From Octopus sinensis (taxonomy: Eukaryota), in NCBI RefSeq assembly GCF_006345805.1, contig NC_043001.1, forward strand, positions 50,096,001-50,160,000: a DNA stretch of 64,000 nucleotides. The letters run 5' to 3'. The position numbers were made by a program, and so were the translations under genes. Every line of letters starts with the position of its first letter. Positions within the stretch are counted from its first letter, which is position 1. Shown here one piece after another: positions 1-10,593 of the stretch. The notes under the pieces are model-generated. The model was not told where the DNA came from. It did no database searches and saw only the letters and a list, made by a program, of their open reading frames with translations.

Positions 1-231
1 TGCATAGTAATAAGCATATATTACCTCTTTATACTCTTCTCGGGTCCATTTGTTCCGCTTACATTTTTCTTTCTGTGGTGGTTGTGGTGGTGAACTTGGA
101 GGGCTCGAGTTGGGGGATTTCCCGTTCAAGTGACCATCCATGTCCGTATTCGGAGAAGAGTTTGTGCCAGTTGATGACTTTTCGATCCCAGGCTGGCTCT
201 TCCCTGGGGGACGCGCTTCCAGATTAACCAT
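1..231 (-). mobile_element. N-terminus of an R4/Dong-clade non-LTR retrotransposon ORF (runs off window start)
   Basis: Manual translation from ATG at 231 is open for 77 codons: MVNLEARPPG...KRNKWTREEYKEVIYAYYYA. The KWTREE..EV..AYY motif resembles the N-terminal Myb-like motif of R4/Dong ORFs. Confidence 0.7.
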
Positions 232-394
232 AGGGCAAGCGATTTGGTATACTGATTTAGTTTTCCTTGTAGTTTCCAAAAACATTTTGGTGCTACGATA
301 ATGTTATCATTTTTGAGCTTTGATTGGCTCGTGGGGAGACGGCCATCATTGCCGTTACAATTATAATCGTACCATTATAGCAGCCGTAGTCGGC

Positions 395-560
395 TTATTA
401 TTGTTATTATCATCACCATTATTATCACTCTCATCATTATCACCACCATCACCATCATCATTATCATCATCACCATCACCATCATCATCATCATCATCAA
501 TGATATTGTTTTATGTGTAGTCACAGCAGTATCTTATTATTGTTATTTTTGTTTTTCATC
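395..560. repeat. (TTA/TCA)n compound microsatellite
   Basis: Direct reading. Confidence 0.9.
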
Positions 561-751
561 ATTATCACCATCACAGTAGTGTCTGTCTGTCTCGTTGGCT
601 GGCTGGCTGTCTTCTACGCCAGAGTTCTTACCTGTCAAATAATACTTTCATATTTGGTTAACATCTAAAGAGCCGAGGTGAGGCTTGTGTTGGCTGAACT
701 ATGTGTGTGTGTGTAGATAGATAGATTATCAGCACTATACCGCACCCTGTA

Positions 752-890
752 CGAAACTGGTACTTTATTTATCGACCCCGAAAGGATGAAAGGCAAAGTT
801 GACCTCGGCGGAATTTGAACTCAGAACGTAACGACAGACGAAATACCGCTAAGCATTTCGCCCGGCGCGCTAACGTGTCTGCCAGCTCGT
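752..890 (-). mobile_element. tRNA-derived SINE family A
   Basis: Reverse complement has head GAGCTGGCAGA (A box), GAGTTCAAATTCC (B box) and body CCTTTCATCCTTTCGGGGTCGATAAA. Confidence 0.85.
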
Positions 891-1046
891 TGAATTTTTG
901 AATTTTTTTTTGGTGGGGGAAATTTTTAAAAATTTCCTTTTCTTTTTATAGGTTTTGCTGTGGTTTACAGTTTTCGTAATCGTGCAGTTTGTTTATATTG
1001 GCAGGTGCTTATCTCCTTAGTTTTTATCGTACGTTTAATTTGTTGT

Positions 1047-1480
1047 TGCAATAAAAGGTGTGTTTACATATTCGAGTAGTCAGGGAGAAAAGAAGGGTAA
1101 AAGTTTCACAAAAAGTTGTAGATATTAAAGTTTTAATTTTTCTAAAGATGATCGTTTGTATGGCCGATCAGAGAAAACTGTTGTGTTCTTGCAATAAAAA
1201 GTATGTTTACATTTTCGAATACTCAGGGAGAAAGGAAAGGAAAGAAGTGTGAAATTTTCACATAAAATTGTAAATATTAAAGTTTTAAAATTTTCTAAAG
1301 ATGATCGTTTGAATGTCCGAACAGTGAAAACTGTAGTGTCCTGACAATAAAAAGTATGTTTACATTTTCGAATATTCAGGGAGAATGGAAAGGATAGGTA
1401 TTCATAGAAGTTGTAAATATTAAAGTTTCTTAAAGTTTTTACAGATGATCGTTTGTGTGTTCGTCCAGAGAAAATTGTAG
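1047..1480. repeat. Degenerate ~145-bp tandem repeat, about 3 copies
   Basis: CAATAAAA..GTTTACAT.TTCGA.TA.TCAGGGAGAA...AGATGATCGTTTG recurs at ~1047, ~1190 and ~1344. Confidence 0.85.
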
Positions 1481-1578
1481 ATATGTAAGTTTCTAAACTT
1501 ATTTTGAGGGGAATTTAAAATACTCACAGGAGATTGTAGATGTTCCAGTTTTTGAAAGTTATTATTATTATTATTATT

Positions 1579-2116
1579 GAGTGAGAGAGCAGTGCATGCC
1601 ATCAAAGTGACACTGGAGTAAAATATACGAAGCCCAATATACCCATCATGACTACCAGTCTGATAAAGGTATACCAGGCACATGCATCACAACCATATGT
1701 GCGCGACATGGTGATCTCATATCAAGATAAACAGCACATGACCTTGCAGGTGGGGCCCAGTTAGAATTTTCTTCAGGTTGAGTAGCCCATCCCGCTCAAA
1801 AGGTCCTTGAATAAGGGTTGTTTAAGGATGTTGAAAGAACCACCCATGTTTCCAGAGGTGAATTATTCAAACCCCAAAGAATCCCTCTCAACACATGGCT
1901 ATGATGCTCCCCCACTACTTCTGCTCGTGATCAGAGATGCACATATCGTCAGCCACTAAGGGACATGCTCAACTGGTTAAGGTCAAACAACTGACAAGCA
2001 AATCTGTGGTACTGAGCAGAATATTTGCTGTAGCCCATTTTTATACCAAGAAAAAACAATGTACATGATAACACTTCCAATCAGTTAAGATCAGAAGCCA
2101 TGAGAGCCACTGCCTG
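1579..2116. mobile_element. Non-coding ~540-bp interspersed repeat flanked by (TTA)n on both sides
   Basis: A diverged inverted partial copy lies at ~4445-4620 (AGCAAATATTCTGCTCA.TACCACAGATTTG...). No long ORF. Confidence 0.65.
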
Positions 2117-2185
<69 letters not shown>

Positions 2186-2187
<2 letters not shown>

Positions 2188-2440
2188 ACAACTGGGACAT
2201 GAAGACTATCGAAGAGAAAGACAAGACCAACATCTGGAGATACCTAAAGAAAATTGTCCTGAAAGGATGCACTGAAGCATTGATATGCATACCCCCATCC
2301 CCGGACAAGCTCTGAAAACTGATTACACCAAGTTCCATATAGATAAGAGTAGTGAATCGTCCCTTTTTAGGGTGTGTGGCATCAAAACTAAAACGGTTCA
2401 CATACTCTGAGTGAATGTAGCAAATTGGACCTAAAGAAAA
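2186..2440 (+). mobile_element. R4/Dong-clade LINE fragment (CCHC zinc-knuckle region, frameshifted)
   Basis: Stitched frames read WRYLKK..LKGCTEALIC / QALKTDYTKFHIDKSSESSLFRVCGIKTKTVHI / SECSKL, matching the R4-type LKxETExLIxAAQxQAL...CRxC...ETxxHIxSECxKL. Confidence 0.7.
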
Positions 2441-2959
2441 ATAGATGAATAATCATAAATACTATAAAACAGTTGATTTATGAGTTACGCACACTACTAT
2501 GCAACACCTCTCCAAAAACATATAAGAATAAACTCATACTGTAAATACCCAACAAAATGACCAAAACCGACAGCATTTGCCATACAAAGCTGATACCAGA
2601 TAGAAGAACACAACCTGCGCTGCACAAACAACTTGCAGTATAAAAACTAATACTACAGAAGACTCAAAACAAATCCCATAACAAAACGTACCGATACCAA
2701 ACAATATTATCCCCAAATGCAGCACGTACCACTCCACCAGCACAAAGGTGCCACAAATGATGCAATTGAAAGTTGCTTGAAACTTTCAGATGTCGAAAAA
2801 TAATAGTGGTGATGACGATGGTGACGAACGTTACCTTACCTCAGTTTATGAGAGACAGGAGCTTCCGAAGAAACTCTGATTGTAACAGCGAAAATGAAGC
2901 TGGGCCTTTAGAGGAAGGCTTCTCGCTCGGCAGTGGTTCAGTAAAGATGCAGACTGATC

Positions 2960-3100
2960 ACAGCTGGTACTTATATTTTCGACTTCGAAAATATAAAAGG
3001 TAAAGTCGACCTCGGCGGAAATTTTAACTCAGAATGTAAAGACATGACGAAATGCTTCCAAGCATTTTGCCCGGCGTGCTAACGGTTCTGTCAGCTTGCG
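2960..3100 (-). mobile_element. SINE family A, degenerate
   Basis: GTCGACCTCGGCGGAA.TTT.AACTCAGAA...GCCCGGCGTGCTAACG. Confidence 0.75.
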
Positions 3101-3104
3101 AAAT

Positions 3105-3139
3105 ATCATCATCATCATTATTATCATTATTATTATAAT

Positions 3140-3223
<84 letters not shown>

Positions 3224-3293
3224 CATTATTATTATCATCATCATCATCATCATCATCATCATTATTATTATTATTATTATTATTATATTATTA

Positions 3294-3352
<59 letters not shown>
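3105..3352. repeat. Compound (ATC)/(ATT)/(AAT) microsatellite
   Basis: Direct reading; source of the poly-I/poly-Y pseudo-ORFs. Confidence 0.95.
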
Positions 3353-3353
<1 letters not shown>

Positions 3354-4786
3354 GGCGGTGAGCTGGCAGAATCGTTAGCACGTCAATCAAAATGCTTAGT
3401 GGCATTTTGTCTATCTTTACGTTCTGAGTACAAATACCAGTTAAGTACTGGAGTCGATGTCGATGTAATTAACTGCCCCCTCCCCACAAAATTCCAGGCC
3501 TTATGTAGAGTAGAAAGGATGGATCTTTTACTTTTCATGGGTAGCTCGATTAATTAATTTTCTTTAACTAAACACTTTGAAACTTCGTATACTGGTAGAA
3601 TGTGTCATATAGAACATCTTTTACTCTTAGCGTTGTTGAGAAAAGTTTCTATTTTCGAAATTATTTCGTGTTGTATTTCAGTAATTTCAACCAGTCAATG
3701 ACATGTATTCAGCTGAATAAAATTATCCTCAGGAATTGACAGAAACCATCATTGTATCCTACGAATCCTCACTTCCTAAATCCCTTATGGCTTTCGATGC
3801 TGAGATTTGATATCATACCTTTAAGTGCTTCCAACTAAAATTTACTACATATCTCTTGTCAACTGGATAAAGTTTTGTAAATTTTTTTCGTTTTATTTTA
3901 CCTATGTGGTTAAATAAGACAAAAGAGAATTTTATAATTTCGTCGGGTGAAAGGATTATTATTCTCTATCAATAAGGAGTTTATTAGAAAAATTTGAGTT
4001 TGCTTTTGGTATTGAGTCTTTCCATCTGCAAATGTTATTCATATTATTCTCAAACTTTCTTTAATTACCAGCAATTTTGAGGAGATGGTACTTATCATAC
4101 CACAAATCTCAGTCCTTGACCGGTATTTTATTTTACTGATACCGGAAAAATGAAAGGCATGGTTGACCTCAATGAGATTTGAAATCAGAACATAATGAGT
4201 AGGAATTAATACCGAAAGATATTTTTCTAACGATTTTGCCAAAAGCCTGGCCCTCACTTGCTATGATAAAATGACTGTGTAACATTTTATTTTTTCTGCC
4301 TTATTTGCTTCTATCTAGAATTCAAAGGAAATGACTGCTATTCCCTGCAAACTTTGCTTTTGTGACCTGGGCATCACTGTTTTGAAACTGACCTATTTTC
4401 CATTATATTTCAGACAGATTCAGCACTGAATTGCTGAAGCAGAAATATTGTTATAGCAAATATTCTGCTCAATACCACAGATTTGTTTGTCAGTTGCTTC
4501 ACCATAACAACTTGAAACATGTCCCTAGTATGGCTGACAATATGTGCATCTCCGATCATGAACAGGTGTAGTGGGAGAGACTCATAGTCATGTGCTAAAA
4601 GGGATTCTTTGAAGTTTGAATGAATGTTACATAAGTTTGAATGAAATGTTAGCTAGGGGTAAGGATATAGGTAATAACTATTGCTGCCCAAGGACAAAAA
4701 TCGTGTTACACAGTATAATCTTAAATTAATACTTAAATAAAGTCGTAAAGTTTTCAACTTCTTCCAATAGTTTACTCCTTATAGAC

Positions 4787-5330
4787 GCTGTGCGGTAAGA
4801 AGCTTGCTTCCCAACCATATGGTTTCGGCCTCAGTCCCACTGTAGGGCACCTTCGGCATCTTCTGCTAAAGTCCTGGGTTCACCAAAACCTTGTGAATGG
4901 ATTTGGTAGATAGAAACTGAAAGAAGCCGTCTTGTATGTAATTTATCGTCATCAATGAAACAGTTTGCTTCCTAATCTCATGGTTCTGGGCTTAGTCCAC
5001 TGCATGTCACCCTACGCAAGTGTCTTCTCCTACAGACCCGGTTCGACCAAAGCCTTCTGAGCGAATTTGATAGATGGAAATTGAAAGATGTCCTGCGCAC
5101 ACATACACACACGCACGCGTGCGCGTTTGTTTCTTCTTTTTTTTTAACAACCGGTTTTGGTTTGCTTATGTCCCTGTAACATAGCGGTCCGGCGAAAAAA
5201 AAAAAAAAGAGAGCCGATAGAATAAGTACCAAGTTTTCAAAATAGGTACAGGGGTTGATTTGTTCGACAAAACCCTTCAAAGCAGTGCCTCAGCATGACT
5301 GCAATGCAATGACTGAAGCAAGTAAAAGAT
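4787..5330. mobile_element. Cluster of SINE family B pieces (CORE-like) in both orientations
   Basis: GGCACCTT.GGCAAGTGTCTTCT core, GGAAACTGAAAGAAG and the ATGACTGAAGCAAGTAAAAG tail. Confidence 0.7.
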
Positions 5331-5529
5331 AAAGGATACGGAATCCTTTGAACTGGAATTGCATCCATTTAAGTAGTGACCTTGCGATGAAGGGACCGAC
5401 CATAGAAGAGAGTAACAATTCGGACAACTGTAAGCAATTGTTTTCTTCAGCAGTAGCTTAACGTCTCTTGTTATAGCTCTCAGGATCGATGACACTAGTC
5501 GTCAGTATGTCGTTGCCTTCATAGTAATA

Positions 5530-6050
5530 TCCTTACTACACAAGGCCTGAAATTTCAGAGGTGGGGGTTAAACGATTACTTGGACTCTAGTGCTCAACTG
5601 ATATCCATTTAATCGACCCTGAAAGGATGAAAGGCAAAGTCGACCCCGGCGGAATTAAAACTCAGAACGTAAAGGCGGACGAAATGTCGCTAAGCTTTTC
5701 GCCCAGCGTCCTAACGATGTACAAATTTAATAATCCTTTCTACGATAGGCACACGGCCTGAAATTTGGGGGAAGGAACTAGTCAATTACATCGATCCCAG
5801 TATTTGAATGGTACTTAATTTATCGACTCTGAAGAGATGAAAGACAAAATCGACCTCGGCGGAATTTGAACTTAGAACGTAGTAGCAGGCGAAATACCTA
5901 TTTCTTTACTACCCACAAGGGGCTAAACACAGAGGGGACAAACAAGGACAGACAAACGGATTAAGTCGATTACATTGACCCCAGTGCGTAACTGGTACTT
6001 AATTTATCGACCCCGAAAGGATGAAAGGCAAAGTCGACCTCGGCGGAATG
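5530..6050 (-). mobile_element. SINE family A cluster (about 3 modules)
   Basis: Repeated GATGAAAGGCAAAGTCGACC.CGGCGGAAT. Confidence 0.8.
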
Positions 6051-6421
6051 CCTTTGTAATATTATGCACATAGGTTTATAATGCGTCATTACAAATTACA
6101 ATTTTCAGGTCACGCAGATTTTTTTCGTTTTCTGTTTTTAACTGTAGGATTGCTGGCCCTCTTTGTGCAGTCAAGTTGCAATGTCGTAGAGAGCTGATAG
6201 CAGAGTGCTTAAAATTTTCTAGTATTGAATTGCATATGTTCTCACAAGCTCACTGGTATATATGACATTGAAGTCATTTGTAGGTCGTTCACACCATCAA
6301 GAATTTTGTTGCTTTCGCTGTTTTGGTATCTTCAACATAGTTTGTGAGTGCGGGTGCTCTAACAACACTGAGGATGAATTCAATAGAGAAAGAAAGAGCA
6401 GGGAGAAAGAGAGAACAGTGA

Positions 6422-6470
<49 letters not shown>

Positions 6471-6534
6471 GAGAAAGAGAGAGTGGGGAGAAAGAGAGAC
6501 CGATACGTAATACATATTCATATAATTATATATT

Positions 6535-7607
6535 CTTTTCTACTCTAGGCACAAGGCCCGAAATTTGTGGGAGGGGGCCAGTCGATTAGATCCAGTACGC
6601 AACTGGTACTTAATTTACTTAATTTATCGACACCGAAAAGATGAAAGGCAAAGTTGATCTCGGTGGAATTTGAACTCAGAACTTTAAGACAGACGAAATA
6701 CCTATTTCTTTACTACCCACAAGGGGCTAAACACAGAGAGGACAAACAAGGACAGACAAACGGATTAAGTCGATCACATCGACCCCAGTGCGTAACTGGT
6801 ACTTATTTAATCGACCCCGAAAGGATGAAAGGCAATGTCGACCTCGGCGGAATTTGAACTCAGAACGTAACGGCAGGCGAAATACCGCTAAGTATTTCGT
6901 CCGGTGCGCTAACGTTTCTGCCAGCTCACCGCCTTAAGGCAAAGTCGACCTCGGCGGAATTTGAACTCAGAACGTTACGGCAGGCGAAATACCGCTAAGT
7001 ATTTCGTCCGGTGTGCTAACGTTTCTGCCAGCTCGCTGCCTTAAGGCAAAGTCGATCTCGGCGAAATTTGAACTCAGAACGTAACGGCAGATGAAATACC
7101 GCTAAGCATCTCGCCCGGCGTACTAATGATTCTGCCAGCTCGCCGCCTTAAGGCAAAGTCGATCTCGGCGTAATTTGAACTCAGAACATAAAGACAGACG
7201 AAATGCTAACGTTTCTGCCAGCTCGCCGATTATATCGACCCCAGTGCGTAACTGGTACTTATTTAAACGACCCCGAAAGGATGAAAGGCAAAGTCGACCT
7301 CGGCGGAATTTGAACTCAGAACGTAGTGGCAGACGAAATACCGCTGAGCATTTCGCCCGGCATGCTAACGCTTCTTATTTCTTTATTGCCCACAAGGGGC
7401 TAAACATAGAGGGGACAAACAAGGACAGACAAACAGATTAAGTCGATTACATCAACCCCAGTGCGTAACTGGTACTTAATTTATCGACCCCGAAGGATGA
7501 AAGGCAAAGTCGACCTCGGCGGAATTTGAACTCAGAACGTAACGGCAGACATTATACGGCTACGCATTTCGCCCTGCGTGCTCACGTTTCTGCCAGCTCG
7601 CCGCCTA
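6535..7607 (-). mobile_element. SINE family A concatemer (7 B-box modules) with one 16-bp TSD
   Basis: GAACTCAGAAC occurs 7 times; CATATAATTATATATT at 6519-6534 and 7608-7623. Confidence 0.9.
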
Positions 7608-7940
7608 CATATAATTATATATTATAAAGGGCAATGTTTTGAGAGAACCTGCAAAGCGTCGGAAAAATAAAAGAAACAAAAAAACAGAAAGAAAAACAGA
7701 TTACAGTTTATATTTACACCTTTTAAAGTTCTGATTTCGAATCCTTTCGAAGTCACTTGCATCCTTTATCGTTCTGGAGTTGATCCAATAAGTACCAGAG
7801 GAGAACTTGGGTTTATACCCTCCCCTGCAAATTTGAGGCTTTTTTGTCTGAAATCAATATCTAGAAATACATAAAAAAGATTCTGCTACTTTTCATCCGT
7901 TTATACAACCAAACACACGCGCACATACCAACACTCACAA

Positions 7941-8003
<63 letters not shown>

Positions 8004-8186
8004 GATAGATAGATAGATAGACAGAGAGAGAGAGGGAGAGAGAGTGGGAGGGAGGGAGAGAGAGAGTGAGAGAGAGAGGGAGGGAGGGAGGGAGAGAGAG
8101 AGACAGACGGACAGACAGACAGACGGACAGAGATAAACAGAGACAGACAGACAGATATCTAGCTAGATAGATTGATAGACAGATAG

Positions 8187-8219
<33 letters not shown>

Positions 8220-8236
8220 CAGACAGACAGAGACAG
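7941..8236. repeat. (GATA)/(GA)/(GACA) compound microsatellite
   Basis: Direct reading. Confidence 0.95.
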
Positions 8237-8325
8237 AACCACGAATGTTAAAACTTAGTGCGCATGCACAGCAGAGTTCAAGGTCAATCTGTGCCAAGCG
8301 GATTCACACTACGTGCTTTAGCTTC

Positions 8326-8339
8326 GTTACTATGGCAAC
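8326..8339. promoter_or_regulatory. RFX X-box consensus match (candidate only)
   Basis: GTTACTATGGCAAC fits GTHNYYATRRNAAC; TGCGCATGCACA (11/12 to the NRF1 motif) at 8259-8270. Confidence 0.3.
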
Positions 8340-8407
8340 AGTCCGGATACTTATTGATCAGATCGCGTGTATATCTATATGTGTGTGTGTGTGTGTATAT
8401 ATATATA

Positions 8408-8626
8408 CTCTTTTACTCAATTACTTGTTTCAGTCATCTGACTGCGGCCCTGCTGGAACACCGCCTTTAATCGAGCAACTCGACCCCGGGACTTATTCTC
8501 TTGTAAGCCCAGTACGTATTCTATCGGTCTCTTTTGCCGAACCGCTAAGTAACGGAGACATAAACACACCAGCATCGGTTGTCAAGCAATGCTAGGGGGA
8601 CGAACACAGACACACAAACATACACA

Positions 8627-8666
<40 letters not shown>

Positions 8667-8830
8667 TACGACGGGCTTCTTTTCAGTTTCCGTCTACCAA
8701 ATCCACTCACAAGGCTTTGGTCGGCCCGAGGCTATAGTAGAAGACACTTGCCCAAGGTGCCACGCAGTGGGACTGAACCTGGGACCATGTGGTTGGTAAA
8801 CAAGCTACTTACCACACAGCCACTCCTGCG

Positions 8831-8832
<2 letters not shown>
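8408..8832 (-). mobile_element. SINE family B, near full length (tRNA head, CORE-like body, microsatellite, tail)
   Basis: Reverse complement starts GGCGCAGGAGTGGCTGTGTGGTAAG, with GGTTCAGTCCC B box and GGCACCTTGGGCAAGTGTCTTCT. Resembles octopus OR-type CORE-SINEs (recall). Confidence 0.9.
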
Positions 8833-8904
<72 letters not shown>

Positions 8905-8906
<2 letters not shown>

Positions 8907-9265
8907 CGCAGGAGTGGCTGAGTAGTAAGTAGTTTGCTTACCAGCCACATGATTCCGGGTTCAGTCCCACTGCGTGGCATCTTGGGCAAGTGTCTTCTAC
9001 TATAGCCTCAGACCGACCAAAGCTTTATAGACGGAAACTGAAAGAAGCCCGTCTTATATTTATATATATATGTATGTATGTATATGTTTGTGTGTCTGTA
9101 TTTATTCCGCAACCATTGCTTGACAACTGATGTTGGTATGTTTAAGTCCCCCGTAACTTAGCGGTTCGGCGAAAGAACCGATAGAATAAGTCCTGGGGTC
9201 GATTTGTTCGACTAAAAGGCGGTGCTCCAGAGTGGCCGCAGTCAAATGACCGAAACAAAAAAAAA
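8905..9265 (+). mobile_element. SINE family B, back-to-back with previous copy
   Basis: Starts GGCGCAGGAGTGGCTG after a pure (TA)n tract at 8833-8904. Confidence 0.9.
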
Positions 9266-9363
9266 GAAAAGAAAATATATCGTTTGTAGAAAAATTAATT
9301 CCGAAAGAAGCACACTCTAAGAAGTAGAGTAGTATATATTGGAAATGGGGAAGGCCGGTTTAT

Positions 9364-9424
9364 GGGATTACCTTAGGTTTCCCGTCCATAAAGGGTTTAT
9401 CTTTATGGTGTATCGTCAGATCCC
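9364..9424 (-). ncRNA. Type I hammerhead ribozyme motif
   Basis: GGGAU-CUGACGA-[UACA CCAUAAAG AUAAACC CUUUAUGG ACGG]-GAAA-CCU A AGG-UA-AUCCC: intact core, 5-bp stem I, GUA cleavage triplet; base of stem II mismatched. Confidence 0.65.
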
Positions 9425-9819
9425 CAAAGCCTGTTGAACCAGAGAGAAGAGAGAGAGAGAGAAAGAGAGAGAGAGAGGGGGGGAATAATAACTAATCTGT
9501 ATCTATAAAAGGCATGATGTGTGTGTGTGTACGTGAATGTAATTTATGCACGTCCACAAATTAGCACGCATATCGCTCCAATTTTAAGAGGACATTCGTC
9601 ACCATCCTACCTGGGTTTTGTCAACTTATTTTTTCCCGAGGCACCGGCGGATAGCGGTCAAAATCTATTTTCAACCATAGCTTTTACCAATTTTGAAGGT
9701 TGCTAACATGAGTTAAGTCCCTTCTAACCATAGCCAAGCGAAAGTGTGTGTGTGAGGGAGAGAGAAAGAGAAGTTGTGTGTTGATGTATGTGTGTGTGTG
9801 TGTGAGGGAGAGAGAGAGT

Positions 9820-9965
9820 TTCACAACGTCTAACAAAAAAAGTAAAGAAAAAGTATGTGTAAGGAAGAGTGGGAGAGTTTGACAGCGTCTAACAAAAAAA
9901 AACAAGGTAAAAAAAAGTGGGAAAGTGGCAGAGTCTGACAGCATCTAACAAAAAAAAAGTTAAGA
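9820..9965. repeat. Three ~57-bp degenerate repeats (AC.TCTAACAAAAAAA)
   Basis: Direct reading. Confidence 0.6.
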
Positions 9966-10344
9966 CAAAGTGAGAGAGAGAGAGAGAGAGACAGATACAG
10001 AGAGGGAGGGTAAGTAACAGCGTTCATAAAAAATAAAATCTAAAATCTTTTGTTTTTTCTTAAACATGAGATATAGTCTTCATATTTTTGAAAGATACTA
10101 TATTTTATAATCAGATTATGTATACTTTTTCACACAACAATTAAAATATATTTATTTTAAATCATTTATTTATTTTAAATCGTTCATCTTTCTCTCCCTC
10201 TCTCTCACACACACACATTACTTTGGGTGCGAAAGAGTTTTGTTTTTATTTTACACCGAGGAAAAATGTTTTGTTGAGAATCCATTTATTTAGCAACATA
10301 GAAACAAAGAGGTAGGTAACAATTTGTCAGTGAATTACACAATA

Positions 10345-10593
10345 TAAATGGTTACAATTTGGTATTTCTTCCGGAAATTGGTCTAACCAGAACTGTATTG
10401 CCTCCAGTCCATAATTATGAGGTATACTGGTATATAAGTTAACTACATCAAATGAAACCAGGATTGTTTCTTCCTTGGCTTTTTTTGGAAAGTGGTTTAA
10501 CATATCTAAGTCATCTCTGATATGGCTATCGATATGTTTAAGGAAGGGTTTCAGGAGGATGTCCATAAGTAGACTTAGTCTGTGTGTTTCACA
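10345..10593 (-). mobile_element. Inverted internal RT segment of the adjacent Penelope-like element
   Basis: ORF 10327..10566: MDILLKPFLKHIDSHIRDDLDML...LVSFDVVNLYTSIPH. Confidence 0.9.

Noticed and set aside
5360-5425. Possible small exon (SDLAMKGPTIEESNNSDN, GTAAGC donor)
   Set aside because: Weak acceptor, no recognisable homology and no partner exons.
6535-7607. CRISPR-like or tRNA-gene-cluster reading of the regularly spaced repeats
   Set aside because: No unique spacers or cas genes; the units are tRNA-derived SINE heads without a complete cloverleaf.
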